Below, one piece after another: positions 25,921 to 38,938 of a stretch of 64,000 nucleotides of DNA. The translations under genes and the position numbers were made by a program. The stretch lies in assembly GCA_963514005.1 (NCBI GenBank), contig OY740806.1, positions 22,196,001 through 22,260,000 on the forward strand, written 5' to 3'. Source of the DNA: Raja brachyura (lineage: Eukaryota). Positions within the stretch are counted from its first letter, which is position 1. Every line of letters starts with the position of its first letter. The notes under the pieces were generated by a model. It was not told the DNA's origin, did no database searches, and was given only the letters and a program-made list of their open reading frames with translations.

Positions 25921-28900
25921 CACAATCTCTTCCCATTTAAAAAAAATACTTTTCTATTTATTTACCAAAATGGATAACCTCACATTTCCCACACTGTATT
26001 CTGTCTGCCATTTCCTTGTCCATTCACACAGCATCTTTATATTTCTCTGAAGCATCTCTACATCCTCTCAAAACCTATACAAGCACCTGGCTCAGTACTA
26101 TCAGACAACTCAGATATATTAAGTATGATCCTTATATCCAATTCACTGACTCCGTTTTGAGCAGCAGAGGCCTCAGCACTAATCCCGGCAGCCCCCCTCC
26201 CCCCCCCCTCCCCACTAATCACAGCCAATATGAAAAAGATTTGTTTATCCCAATCCTTGGTTTTTTCTTCAACAACCAACCCTTCCATGCAAGAGAATAC
26301 TCCAGTTCCATGAGTGCTAGTTGTTAAGTCATGTTATTTGTGACATCGTGTTGAAGGCTTTCTAAAGGTCCAAATACACCACACCTACAGATTCTCCTGT
26401 ATCTATTCCACAAATTACAAATCAGATAAATTCTAACAGATTTGTCAAGTTGATTTTCCTTTCATAAATCCATGCTGACTCTGAATATTCTATGATTTTC
26501 TAATTGCATTCTTAACATTTCAAAACAATATATTTCCATCAAAACAATATATTGTTCCTTACATGTTCCGTACAAATGACGTAAGCCTCTGTGGTCAATG
26601 ATTCTCCATTCATTTTATCTCCTCTCTTTGATTATGGGGTTATATTTGCTATATTTTAATCTTTATGCACCGTTTCAGAATCTGCAGAAATGCTAACCAC
26701 TGATTCCATTAACTTCATTGTCAACTCTTTCTCAGGTCTCAAGTTCTGGAGATTTATTAAGCTCCAGCCTTATTAATTTTTCCAATACCATTTTTTGACA
26801 AATGCTACTTTCCATCAGCTCTTCTTTCAAAAAAGGCTGTACTTCACAATTCCTAGGAGGTTTCTTGAGTCTTCCATGAAGACTTACACAAAACATTTGT
26901 TTAGTTTTTCTGCTGCATCCTTATTCCTTGTGTAACTTCTTCTAATTTCACTTTGTCAATGAACCGCATTAATTTATCTTCACATATTGATTGAACCTCT
27001 CATGGTCTCTTTATATGCTTCTCACCAGAATACTTATATTCCCTGATAGAATAGTAGAAGTTGAATGCTGCTGCTTGACCGGTGCTGGCAAAACCATCTG
27101 CAGTTTTCAATGTTGGTGAGGTGGGTTTTGATATCTCTGTCATTCTTTTGCACCCCCGACAGCATGAATGTACTTTGAGATGCGCTTTCCCAAATCATTT
27201 TCACAAATCAGAACCCATGTCTCTCTTCATACCTTTCATTAGCAGCTTGAAAGTATAAAAAAGCTGCACACAACAATATGAACATCTCTATTTGTTATTT
27301 CTCCCTAATTGGGAAATGGGACACGGTGATGGTCAACTGAACCTGATGCATTGGAGGAAATGCGGCCTTGGCAGTCTTTTCTCTCTCTCGTTGAAGCCTT
27401 GCGCTCATACACTTTCAAGAGCTGACAGCAGCCAATACTCAACCTTAACATTAATTGCTAACAGTTCTTTCCCTATTTATTTTCTTTGCAGCACACAAAG
27501 AGACTTTCCATTAGACAAGGAGCTGAAAGAGGACAGTGACAATATGGACACACCATCATGATTTATTGATTGGTGCTCTACTTGGCTGGAAGGGTCTGAA
27601 TACAAAAAAATAACTAATACTTGTCCTCGGGGGTACAGATCAGAAGCTACATAACTGGTGAAAAAGATGTGAATGAAATCTCAAAAGATGCAGCACACAG
27701 AACATTAACATGACTGAGTGACACTGGTTCCATGGATTGACCTAAGTACCCTTGTTTCCCTATTAAAAGAGGCCGATCATGTGAAATAAAGAAGCTATGT
27801 GGACATCAGTCCATGTCCAAAGGTTAGGTGGCCTCAATTTCTCATGCCTACATGATGTTAAGACTACCAATGCTATGTTGAGGGTGTTCCTGCACCATTA
27901 ATACATGGCAGATATAACTCCAATTTGTGGATATCTAAATAGATTAACTTGTTATGCTCTATCATCCAGAAGACCACTGACATTCACCAAACTTATATGT
28001 GAAGGTATGCCCCTCTATCAAAACACTAAATAGCAGCCACCTGTTGAAACTTACTCCAGAAACAGGTAATGCACACTAAAGGGAAGAGAAAAGCAACAAG
28101 AGTAGAAAAATGGCCTGTTAGAGCGAGACCTACCAATCATACAACATCAGGGTTACTAACCAATGATCTGTGTTATGAACCACACTTTTTGTTATTTTAA
28201 AGCTTTTGAGAATTTCACAAAAATGTAACTATTTATGCATCACCTTTTATGACTAAGTTTGGATCAAACACAATGCTTAGAGTTCAGTCATTAATTTCCA
28301 GCAAGGAAGGGACAGTGTTTACAATACCCAGAAGTTGAATCTGTTGGTATTGAAAGAATATCTGGCTGGATTCAAACTAATTGCACTCATTCATTTGTTA
28401 GCTAGCAAAGGAGAGAATGGTGCATGTACATTTATATGTACAGTTCATTCTTCTTCACAAAACTATCAGATACCTCATACATCTGCAGTGCCGGCAGTAA
28501 AGATGTACAATTGAACAAATGAAATATAAAGACAAAGCATGCAATTATCAGTTGGCACACATGCAATTAAACAAAAAAAATCAGCGCTAGTAACAAACCA
28601 GTTTCATTGTAGGCGGCAAATTACAAAAAAAAATCTGTCATTATCTTGACTCCTGTCATAGCACCGGAGTCATAATCGTTTATCTGTTTGGCTTTGTTTC
28701 AAAGCGTTTTTCAGACGTGTAATTAACGTGTCCACTCTGATTTCATTACATAATGCGAGTTAATTGTTACTTAATCTTAAGGATGGGCTGCTGTTGCTTT
28801 CACAACTTTGTAGCCTTTAGACAGTACTGAAAAATGTCTCTCACTTAAAATGAAATAGGACACTGACATAACATAGTACAGACTGGATTACCAAGTGGGC

Positions 28901-29964
28901 CTGAGGATACTTTGAGGTACAGTTCTTTGTTTATGTCGATCCTATACTTCCTCCATTAAGAAGATTGCATGATAGGGAAATTGTTCTAACTTTCAACAGA
29001 CCCATCAATCACAGAAAGCTTATGATATTTTATTTCGTTTAAACAATATCATCTCATAAATTCAAAATAATTCCACTGAATTTCTTTGACACTTCCTAAA
29101 TTTGCTGCAATGTGAAGTTAATGATGGTTAGTAAATGATTACACTGCTGTGCAACAGAGCAGCACTTCTATGTGTCTAACAACTTAAATATTCATCTATA
29201 ATGGGCTTCACCATGCTGACAGGGGGGAGGAATGGCAGGATTAGGGAAAATGGTTAGGAACAAACACATTGCGTCACTCAGAAGACAAATGCAACAATGT
29301 TTAACTAGCGAAAGCATGCATTGCTTTAGCAGATGTGACTTTAAAGGGGAATACCTGAATTTGAAATAACAGAAGAGTTTTGTCTCTTGAGTCAATTTTT
29401 TCTGTTTTGGTATAACAGAAAATATGACAGTCCAAGTGGATAGAGAGTGAGCCATATCATGAGAAACAAAGGTGTTTCAAAGCAGCAATTTAACTTGAGG
29501 AAAACATGTTGATGACTATCATTAACACCTGAAATATTTCAAATCAGGAAGCTAAAACGCAGCAAAGAGCTTTTGAACCATTTGCCTGGTACTAAATTGG
29601 GCAAAACAGTGGGAGATTGTAACAGCTTTGAAGAATCCCTGCCAGCTCTGCTTGGCTTCAGGAACTGAGGACTTAGTTGTGTAAACGCCATGTCAAAAAG
29701 CTGCATTATGTTCCACAATTTACCTAGATTCAATGTTCTTTTTAGGAATTTGTGCTTTTTTTTTAAACATACCCACTGAAAATATCACTTTGAACCTCAT
29801 ATAAAGAACTTTCATATTCAAATATGAAACTGCAGAATACATGTTGAGAGGAAAATGATTTTTAAACAAATACATGTTTGGGGGAATTTCACCACTTGGT
29901 AATTGGAAATTTTGCTCTATATGTTTATAAAATAATGCTATTTTTTTTCTAATTCGATTTAGTG

Positions 29965-30295
29965 TCATATAATCATTGGAACCAGGCCATTCGACCCACT
30001 GAGTCCATACTGACCATCAGACACTCATTTAGACTGATGCCATTTTATACATTCCCATCAATACACCCTCAGATTCTACCACTCATCTACACACCAGGGG
30101 CTATTTACAATGACAATTATCTATCCACCTATATGTTTTTGGAGTGTGGGAGGAAACTACGATTACCCATGGGGAAATTCATGCAGTCACAGGAAGAACG
30201 TGCAAACTCCACACACACAGACTGCACTGGAGGTCAGGATTGAACCAAGGCTGCTGGAGCTGTGAAGCATCAGTTCCACTGGTTGCACCACTGTG
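29965..30295 (-). mobile_element. V-SINE, older
   Basis: ttggagtgtgggaggaaac...gaacgtgcaaactccacac V-domain. Confidence 0.8.
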
Positions 30296-33220
30296 ATATC
30301 AACACAGAATCTTATCAGAAGTCCACTGGATGAAGTAGAATTGGGTAGGAAAGCATGTGGACCTTCTATCCATTGTGCCTGTTTGACTCTTTGAATGAAC
30401 TGAGCAATTAGCCCATTCTCGTATTACAGTTTGAAACAAATGAACAATGTGGTATTCAATAGGCCAATAAATAATTCTGCTTTTCTTTTGTGAGTGCTTT
30501 GAACACTGACCATTCTGGACATAAAGGCCTGTGTAATAACTTTTTATTTGTTTTCATTGCGTTCAGGGAGGAATATTTCTGCCTGTTAGGGAAACACCTG
30601 ATCACAAGGTTGGCTGGAGTGGTTAAACAGGACAAAACAAAGAAAACGGACCAGTTTACGACCCACCTGAAGCAGCAACTCTGCTGGGGTTGCGCGATGA
30701 AAAGCATGTCTCATTCCATTCCCATCTAACCAGAAATTGAATGGAGCAGAGTGTTCCACAGTTGCGGATTAGGAAGAAATAACACGGGGAACATTAAAGA
30801 ACACTGAATATGAAGGGAAGTGATGGAGGATAATGAAGGTTCCAGGTATTGTATTCCCCTTTAAAGGAAAAATGAGATTAAAAGCCCCTCCTGCTGCCCC
30901 CCTTTCAGACATGGATTCAACCCTTACCTATTGAGGTGTTGAGGACCTGGTCACAACAACACTGCCGTGATAGCTGAGATTAATCAAAAACAAAGCAGTT
31001 AAGACTCTGAATGATCCATTTAATTTGAAGAATATTCATTAAACGAATGATGACATTCAGGTACATGAGAAGAATGCTCAGTAATGTCCGTGGGTTCCAC
31101 ATACACAGTATCTGACATCAATGAAAATGAAACAGGAACCTGAACACACCAAAATACACCGTCATTTTTCTTTAAAAAAAAAATACTACGGCAGGGTTTT
31201 CACGCACAACGACAAGACACGACAGCTTTACCTGCAGCTCACTCTGGAAAGAGTTAATTGAGAAAATGGAAAAGCGGAACACATACGCGGTGACTGGGAA
31301 GTCCAGGCAGCCTTGGGTTACAACATTTCAAGACTGATTAACATCATTCTTCCCGTCCATATTACCACACCCTGCTTGGTGTGATCAGATTAAATGGAGA
31401 ACTGAGCCTTGACTCCAGGAATTCAAATTGTGGAAAAGGACTAATTCAGATCAGCAATACAAAATCAAAGTATTTTGCTTGACATTCCCTCCTTAAATGA
31501 AGGAGAGAAGAGTATATCACAATGCATGGAATCATAAATGTAAAACACAGTGTCCCTCTGTCGTATCTCTATGCAATGCAACACACATTCATTCCCATTT
31601 CTACAGTCACACGAAGAAAATCATGTTAATTTCCTTTACAGTTCCAATTAGTGAGGATCCTTAATTAACACTTGCAGGCATTAGTTATATTTCTCATTGA
31701 GTTCAATGGGAGATAATTTTCTTTGCACTTCTAAGGACTCAATATAACAATCCTAAGTCAAGTAAATACACAATTATGACACTGCAGTGGTCCATCGATG
31801 CTGTTAGGTCGTAGTTGTGCTTCCAATCTGTTCTGCAACCTGTATGAGGTACACGTACTGCAACCTGTCTCTGTTATTGCCAGGAAGAAGAAGATGAGTG
31901 ACAATATAAACAATCGTTTAAGGGGACCTATGTCCAATGCATTGAAGTTCACTAAAAAAAAATGAACAAAAGAGTTCAAAAGTTACCACATTTGTGGCTC
32001 ATAACATGCAAGAAACAGAAGACAATAATTTAATTTCAGAGGTTGCTGTTTGCTTTGAGTTAGAATTCAGCCCATGGCTAAATTGGGATTACACCACTAA
32101 TTCTGAGTAAAATGAGATCAAGATCTTGTGGTGTGGACCCAACAGAATATATTTTAAGATTGGTGGGCATATCTCAGGACCTCTACTCAAGCATTAGTAT
32201 ATATATAATATATTGAAGATTATTTCCCTGATTTTTGAACATCTGAATCATTGCATGCACTTAATGGCGAAGACTGGTACAGACATAACTATTTAAGGAG
32301 CAGGTTGAAAAGACATTGAATTATCATCCCCAAATATAGAGAAATAACACAGCTGCTCTAACATCCTTTGAGATGGAACAACAGCTGTGTCTGAGACATC
32401 CGTGGATAAATACTAAGTGACTATATAAGTGCTTAGACCATGTTAATCTGACATTGGTTATTTCAATATTTATGCCAGTATATATCCAGAGTAGAAGGCA
32501 ATTATCAACCTGCCAATTTAAGCAAATAAATGCCACGTCTACTAAGCCATAACTATTTCTGCAGCTTGCCAGTGTACGTACATTAGATACTGCACCTTAG
32601 AGGTCTGGTACTACTAATTACCAGCCTCAAAATAAAATAAGACATTAAAAATCCCCTAGCTCTCTGCAAGGAACCTTTAAACTGAACCTTCTGGGTTTCC
32701 AACTGCACATCTGGTGCATCTAATTCGGTATGGTATGAGTTTCCACTGATACCTTAATACAGCAATTTTTCAAAAAATGGAATCTGTTGCTTTATTGATG
32801 AGGGCAATTATTTATTTACTTATTTTGGCCATGCTTTAAAACTAAGAAGAAATATGTGATTGTGAGTGCACAATTATATATTTTCTTGCTCATTGATTCA
32901 TGACGGAGTACGCCTTCTGAAGCATGTAATGCAGAAATCAAGCAAACAGCAAATACACACAGAAAGGACACAAATTGACTGAACTATACACAGTACTTGA
33001 TCAAGCCTCCAGCAAGTCAGCCCCACCTTGCTGATAGCTTGCTAACTGCAGGTGTTGTGTGGAATACTGTTGAACCCAATACACCTACAGCTGGAGCTCA
33101 ATGTGATGCATGAATAACACTCTCCTGAGTTCTTGATAAAGAACAAGAGTTCTAAAAATCTAATTTCTAGTCAATCTAAAGTATCAATGTCTGATCTTGT
33201 ATGGTCAAAGGCAAAAGATT

Positions 33221-33545
33221 TTTAGTTTAGTTTAGGGACACAGCATGGAAACAAGCCCTTCGGCCCACTGAGTCCATGCCAACCATCGATCACTAGTTCA
33301 CGCTACTTCTATGTATTCCACTTTTGCAGTCACTCCCTACACATTAGGGCTGATTTATAGAGGCCAATTAACCCACAAACCTGCACTTCTTTGGGATGTG
33401 GATGGAAACCGGAGAAGCCGGGGGATGTCCATACGGTCATAGGGAGATCATACATACTCCACACAGACGTTCCCGAGGTCAGGATCAAACTGGGGTCTTT
33501 GGTACTCCACAAGCTGTGCCATTGTACCCCCCCATGTTGTGCCAC
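33221..33545 (-). mobile_element. V-SINE (HE1-like)
   Basis: (TTTAG)n tail and V-domain. Confidence 0.85.
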
Positions 33546-35975
33546 TCTACCGTTCCAAATACAGATGAGACATATAGAAGTGTATCTACAAGAGCAATAA
33601 GTTGTGTGGATGATGGCACTATTTACTTTGGGAGATTACTGTCAATCTTTAAAATCTAGAATAATAAATGCAAGCGTACAGCATATCTCAGTGAGATTCT
33701 ATGATAAAGATACATAATGTGCACTCTAGTTGGAAAAGATTACCCTGCTCATATGTTCTACTTCCACCAAAAAGACTCGGCTCATTACAGCCATACTTAA
33801 GCGGAATTTATTAAAATACGAATTCACAGGGTCCAATTCAAATAATTTTCAGCTGTCACTAAATATGTTTCAGATGACGAATACAAAGGGGCAACCTCAA
33901 AGCTGAAAATACAAAGACTCCCCGGTTTATACAACATGATGAAATTCAAATGCTAGATTAAGAAACTCAAATATTTGATTAAGAAATAATCTTGGCAAGG
34001 AAAGTCAGCTGGGTTTCTGAATAAGGGTGATATGGTTCAAAAATTACATAATTGCCAAGCCTATCTAATGAAGCTTGGAAAAAAAGGGAATTTGAAACTT
34101 AATGTTTATATTGGCAGGCTACATAATTTCACCCAGTTTTCAGCAGACAAAGGTGAGGCGGGGTTCAGATTATTTGCTTTTGGGCAGTGATACAGAAACA
34201 CACGAAAAAATAGGAGCTGGAAAAAGCCACAACCTCTCAAACCTGCTGTACCATTCAATATGATCATGGCTGATTTGCCCCACTCCTCATCTCTTCTATG
34301 CCAGTTCCACATGTTTCTCAATCGTCCACTATTCAAAAATGTTTCTAGTGGTCTAATCTCTACTTATCTCAGATGTAAAGAATTCCAGAGATTAACCACC
34401 TAATGTGATAGGAAATTCCAATCCACCTCAGTTTCTATTGACCAGCCCTTCGTAATTAGTTCAGGAGTCTCTCGCTGATGGAAACGTCTCAACATTTTCC
34501 GTTAGGGTCTTACATGTTTCAATAAGACCACCCCTCATTCTTCTAAACAATAAAGATTACAGATCAAACATGCTTTAGGTGTCAATATTCTCAAGGTGAA
34601 AGTATATATATAATCTACAATCAGGCAATTAAAAAGAAGCCTAGTCTAATGTTAAGCCTACTTTGTGGTTGGGAGAATGAAGAGCATCTAACTCTGAACT
34701 CAGTTCTATTGACTTCAATAGAACTAAATTTCAGAGTCAGATTAAGAAAACTGTGCAGTAACTGTTAACATGCATTTGGCTCCACTGAATAGGAATGATG
34801 CTCCTGGCATGCTCCTAAATTCATAGATCATTGGGGCAGAATTCAGCCATTCGGCTCAATGTCTACTCCACCGTTCAAGCATGGCTGATCTATCTTTCCA
34901 TCTCAACCCCATTCTGCTGCCTTCTCTCCATAACCTCTGACACCTGTACAAATCAAGAATCTATCTATCTGCCTTAAAAATAGCTTTCTGTGGCAATGAA
35001 TTCCACAGATTCACCACCCTCTGACTAAAACCCCTACTGGTTTTATTATGGTGATGAGTTCCCATGTGTTTCAGGCACTTAGCTGTTAAAACGCTTGGTA
35101 TTTCTATAAATGAGGTTTAATTCCTCCTAGTAAACTTTCAATTGCTGCACAAACACGCATTGATCTGATACTGCAGCGGATGCTTTTTATTTTCAGCAAC
35201 TTAAATCAAAGACCAAAGAAAACACAAACTTATTGAAGTAATGGTTTGGGCCCCTGGGAATTGAAACAAATTTAAAGTTTAAAAAAATGTGACCTAGCTG
35301 AAGCATTTGAAAGCATCTTCAGTCAGAAGTTTCAAGCAGAGGATTTGTCTTGGGATCAGCCTGAAGCATAACATGCTCGTTTTTGGATAATTTGATTCAC
35401 TACACATTATATCAAGCAATTGCAGAATGTATGGGATACAGTAAAGTCTACAGGACCAAATGCCACCCTGACTGTAATAATCCAGACTTAGGGACCCTTA
35501 GTCAAGCTACTGCAGTACAGCTCCAATACAGACATCTCCCCAACAATGTGGATGGTTGTCAACATAATTCCTGCCTTCAAAAAGCAGGATCAACACAACT
35601 CAGATAATAGCTGCCATATCAGTCTACAATTCATCATCAATAGAGGGATGGAGTGAATTAGTGATCATACTCAAAAATAATTAACTTAACTGATCTCAGT
35701 TTGGATTCCAATAGGCCATTGCTTAGTTTAGTTTAGCTTAGAGATACAACAACAATGGCAGACTCCAAAAGAGCAAGTCAAGCCATCTCTATTGACTTTC
35801 AATGACATTAGTATCACCAAATCCTCCGCCCTGACTGAATATTCTGGCTATAATTGCAGATCAACGCATTGGTATTCTACTGCTGGTGAACCACTCATTT
35901 CAAAAAGTCTTGCCATCAATAAATTACAAGATGAAACACTTCTCACTCAAGCAGCTATGAGAAGAAACCAGTCGT

Positions 35976-36284
35976 TTAGACTTTAGACTTTCCAGTTACA
36001 TAATGGAAACAAGCCCTTTGGCCCACCAAGTCCGCACCGACCAGCGATCACCTCGTACACTAATACTATCGTACACACACACACTAGGGACAATTTGCAG
36101 AAGCCATTTAACCTGCAAACCTGCACATCTTTGAAGTATGGAAGGAAACCCTAGTAATGGAAGTTATCCCTATGCGGTAACAGGGAGAACGTACAAAATG
36201 TACAGACAACACCCATAGTCAGGATCAAACCTGGGTCTCTGGCATTGTAGGTGAGCAACTCTACCACTGCGTCACTATGCCGCC
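35976..36284 (-). mobile_element. V-SINE (HE1-like)
   Basis: Head ggcggcatagtgacgcagtggtagag and V-domain. Confidence 0.85.
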
Positions 36285-37018
36285 ATTTTGATTTACTGTT
36301 CCCTATTCAATAGCTTTATGGGAATTTCTCCTCCATCTGTCTCTGATGTATGAATGGATAATAAATGGAAGCAGAGCATTTAAGCCCACATTTATGAATA
36401 CTCTTAAAATAGCCAAGAAGGCAAGACAATGTAATTCTACCAAAATGTAACATCACCTCATTTAGAAATACAGATTATGGGAATGCGAACTCATTTGACT
36501 TCAACATTGGATCTGTGGATAGTACAGACAAGCCTCTAGACCTGCTACAGGCAGTTATTATATTCTGAAACAGCACTGCTATTGCCTGAAATTTTCCTAA
36601 TCCTTAGTCATAATACTATACTTTAAAATGTTATAAGTCTTTTCTTTGTCTATCCCTTAATTTAATTACTTGCTGAGAATAATTACTTTTCCCATCGAGT
36701 CATTTGCGGAGAAATTAGATTTCACAATTTGTTGATTCACAAAACAGTTGTGTTCATCATTAAAACCTATTTAGAGGCTCTGTAAAAGAGATGACACTAG
36801 CTAAAAAGAATTTTGAAACAGCGTTAGGGTAGTTTACATCCAGAAACAAGAGCTAAAATGGGATCCACATCGTTGCCAACAGGGCTAGGCTCAATTGAGA
36901 GTCGTTGCCAACCCTTTGTTATAGCTCACTCAACAAAAGGTCTTGGTCCTTAAAGACACATCCCCCACCCCCAGCAGTGATGCAAGAACAACATGTGCAC
37001 AATACTTTCATCCATGGG

Positions 37019-37328
37019 GGGGGAACGTGGTGCAGCTGTCCTGGTTTAATGCTGACTCCAATGCCATCTATGAAGTTTGAATGTTCTCCTTACGACTGCG
37101 TGGGTTTCCCCTGGACACTCCAGTTTCCTCCCACATCTCAAAGATGTGCTGGTTGTTAAATCAACTGGTGGGTGTAAATTATCCATCTTGGAGGTGACAG
37201 GTAGGATAATCACAGGTTGTTATTCGGCATGTGTGAGATAATAGATTACTGGGAAATAAGTGGGAGAATGGGATTGCTCTGAGGCACACACTGAACTTGA
37301 TGGACTGAGCAGCCTCCTTCTACATTGT
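37019..37328 (+). mobile_element. V-SINE, older, plus strand
   Basis: gcgtgggtttcccctggacactccagtttcctcccacatctcaaaga V-domain. Confidence 0.75.
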
Positions 37329-37342
37329 AAGGAATTATAATT

Positions 37343-37576
37343 ACACAAAAATGCTGTAGAAACTCAGCGGGTGCAGCAGCAGCATCTATGGAGCGAAGGA
37401 AATAGGCAATGTTTCGGGCCAAAACCCTTCTTCAAACCCTTCTTCAGAAACCCTTCTTCTGAAGAAGGGTCTCGGCCTGAAACGTTGCCTATTTCCTTCG
37501 CTCCATAGATGCTGCTGCACCCGCTGAGTTTCTCCAGCACCTTCGATTTTCCAGCATCTGCAGTTCCTTCTTAAAC
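37343..37576. mobile_element. Palindromic Penelope-derived short element with a minimal hammerhead motif
   Basis: 14-bp TSD AAGGAATTATAATT at 37329-37342 and 37577-37590. About 100-bp inverted arms. CTGAAGA...GAAACGTT at 37459-37486. Confidence 0.85.
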
Positions 37577-37995
37577 AAGGAATTATAATTGTTTGAAAAT
37601 AGACAGACTTTCATACACCACCAGACAAAGACAATCTATTCCCATGATCACCCACATAGAGGATTGGCCTCCAAAAAAATGATAATGAAAAAGGTCCATC
37701 TCCTCCAAGATGGTAAAAAAAGGAGGTAATCTTTGGGGAGATCTCCTGTTCACTTTACTTTGGAAGATGGTTGAGTAACCTGTTGTGAGTTCTTAAGCTT
37801 CCCAGTCAAATCTCTCTGCTTCAGCTGATTCTGCCATTAAATAATGAGAAAATCAACCAAGTAGCAACCAATGTGCGCCCAGTGACTGTTCCACACTGGT
37901 TCTAGGTTGCACCTAGGGCTCCAGTTTATCTCCGTAAGGGCAGAAATGGGCTTCACATGAATCACAAACCTAATGTGCGTCCGAAGCTGGAGAAG

Positions 37996-38938
37996 GACAA
38001 GGGAATTGAATGCAACATCTCCAAGTTTGCGGATGACACTAAGCTGGGGGTAGTGTTAGGTGTGAGGAGGCTGCAAGGTGACTTGAATAGGTTGGGTGAG
38101 TGGGCAAATGCATGGCAGATGCCATATAATGTGGATAAATGTGAGGTTATCCACTTTGGTGGCAAAAACAGGAGGGTAGACTATTATCTGAATGGTGGCA
38201 GATTAGGAAAAGGGGAGATACAACGAGACCTGGGTGTCATGGTACACCAGTCATTGAAAGCAGGCATGCAGGTGCAGCAGGCAGTGAAGAAAGCAAATGG
38301 TATGTTAGCATTCATAGCGAAAGGATTAAAGTATAGGAGCAGGGAGGTTCTTCTGCAGCTGTACAGGGTTTTGGTGAGACCATACCTGGAGTATTGCGAA
38401 CAGTTTTGGTCTCCAAATTTAAGGAAAGACATTCTTGCCATAGAGGGGGTACAGAGAAGGTTCACCAGACTGATTCCTGGGATGTCAGGACTTTCATATG
38501 AGGAAAGACTGGATAGACTTGGCTTGTACTCGCTAGAATTTAGAAGATTGAGGGGGGATCTTATAGAAACGTACAAAATTATTAAGGGGTTGGACAGGCT
38601 AGATGCAGGAAGATTGTTCCCGATGTTGGGGAGGTCCACAACAAGGGGTCACAGTCTAAGGAAAAGGGGGAATTCCTTTAGGACCGAGATGAAGAAAACA
38701 TTTTTCACACAGAGAGTGGAGAGTCTCTGGAATTCTCTGCCACAGAAGGTAGTTGAGGCCAGTTCATTGGCTATATTTAGGAAGGAGTTAGATGTGGCCC
38801 TTGTGGCTAAAGGAACCAGGGGGTATGGAGAGAAGGCAGGTACAGGATACCAGCCATGATCATATTGAATGGCGGTGCAGGCTCGAAGGGCCAAATGGCC
38901 TACTCCTGCACCTATTTTCTATGTTTCTCTGTTTCTAT
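37996..38938 (+). mobile_element. CR1 LINE, 5'-truncated (ORF2 RT C-terminus and 3'UTR)
   Basis: ISKFADDTKLG, RPYLEYC.QFWSP and LYSLEFRRLRGDLIE motifs; (TTTCTATG)n tail. Confidence 0.96.

Larger units (their letters stand above)
24860..26960 (-). mobile_element. Old CR1 ORF2 remnant interrupted by younger insertions
   Basis: Degenerate CR1-like segments (ctcattcttctaaactc, acctcacatttcccacactgtattc, aatccatgctgactc). Boundaries approximate. Confidence 0.55.

Noticed and set aside
37957-38859. 300-aa ORF as a host or domesticated gene
   Set aside because: It is a truncated CR1 ORF2 with a chance upstream ATG, a small deletion after FADDTKLG, and a 13-bp deletion removing the normal stop.
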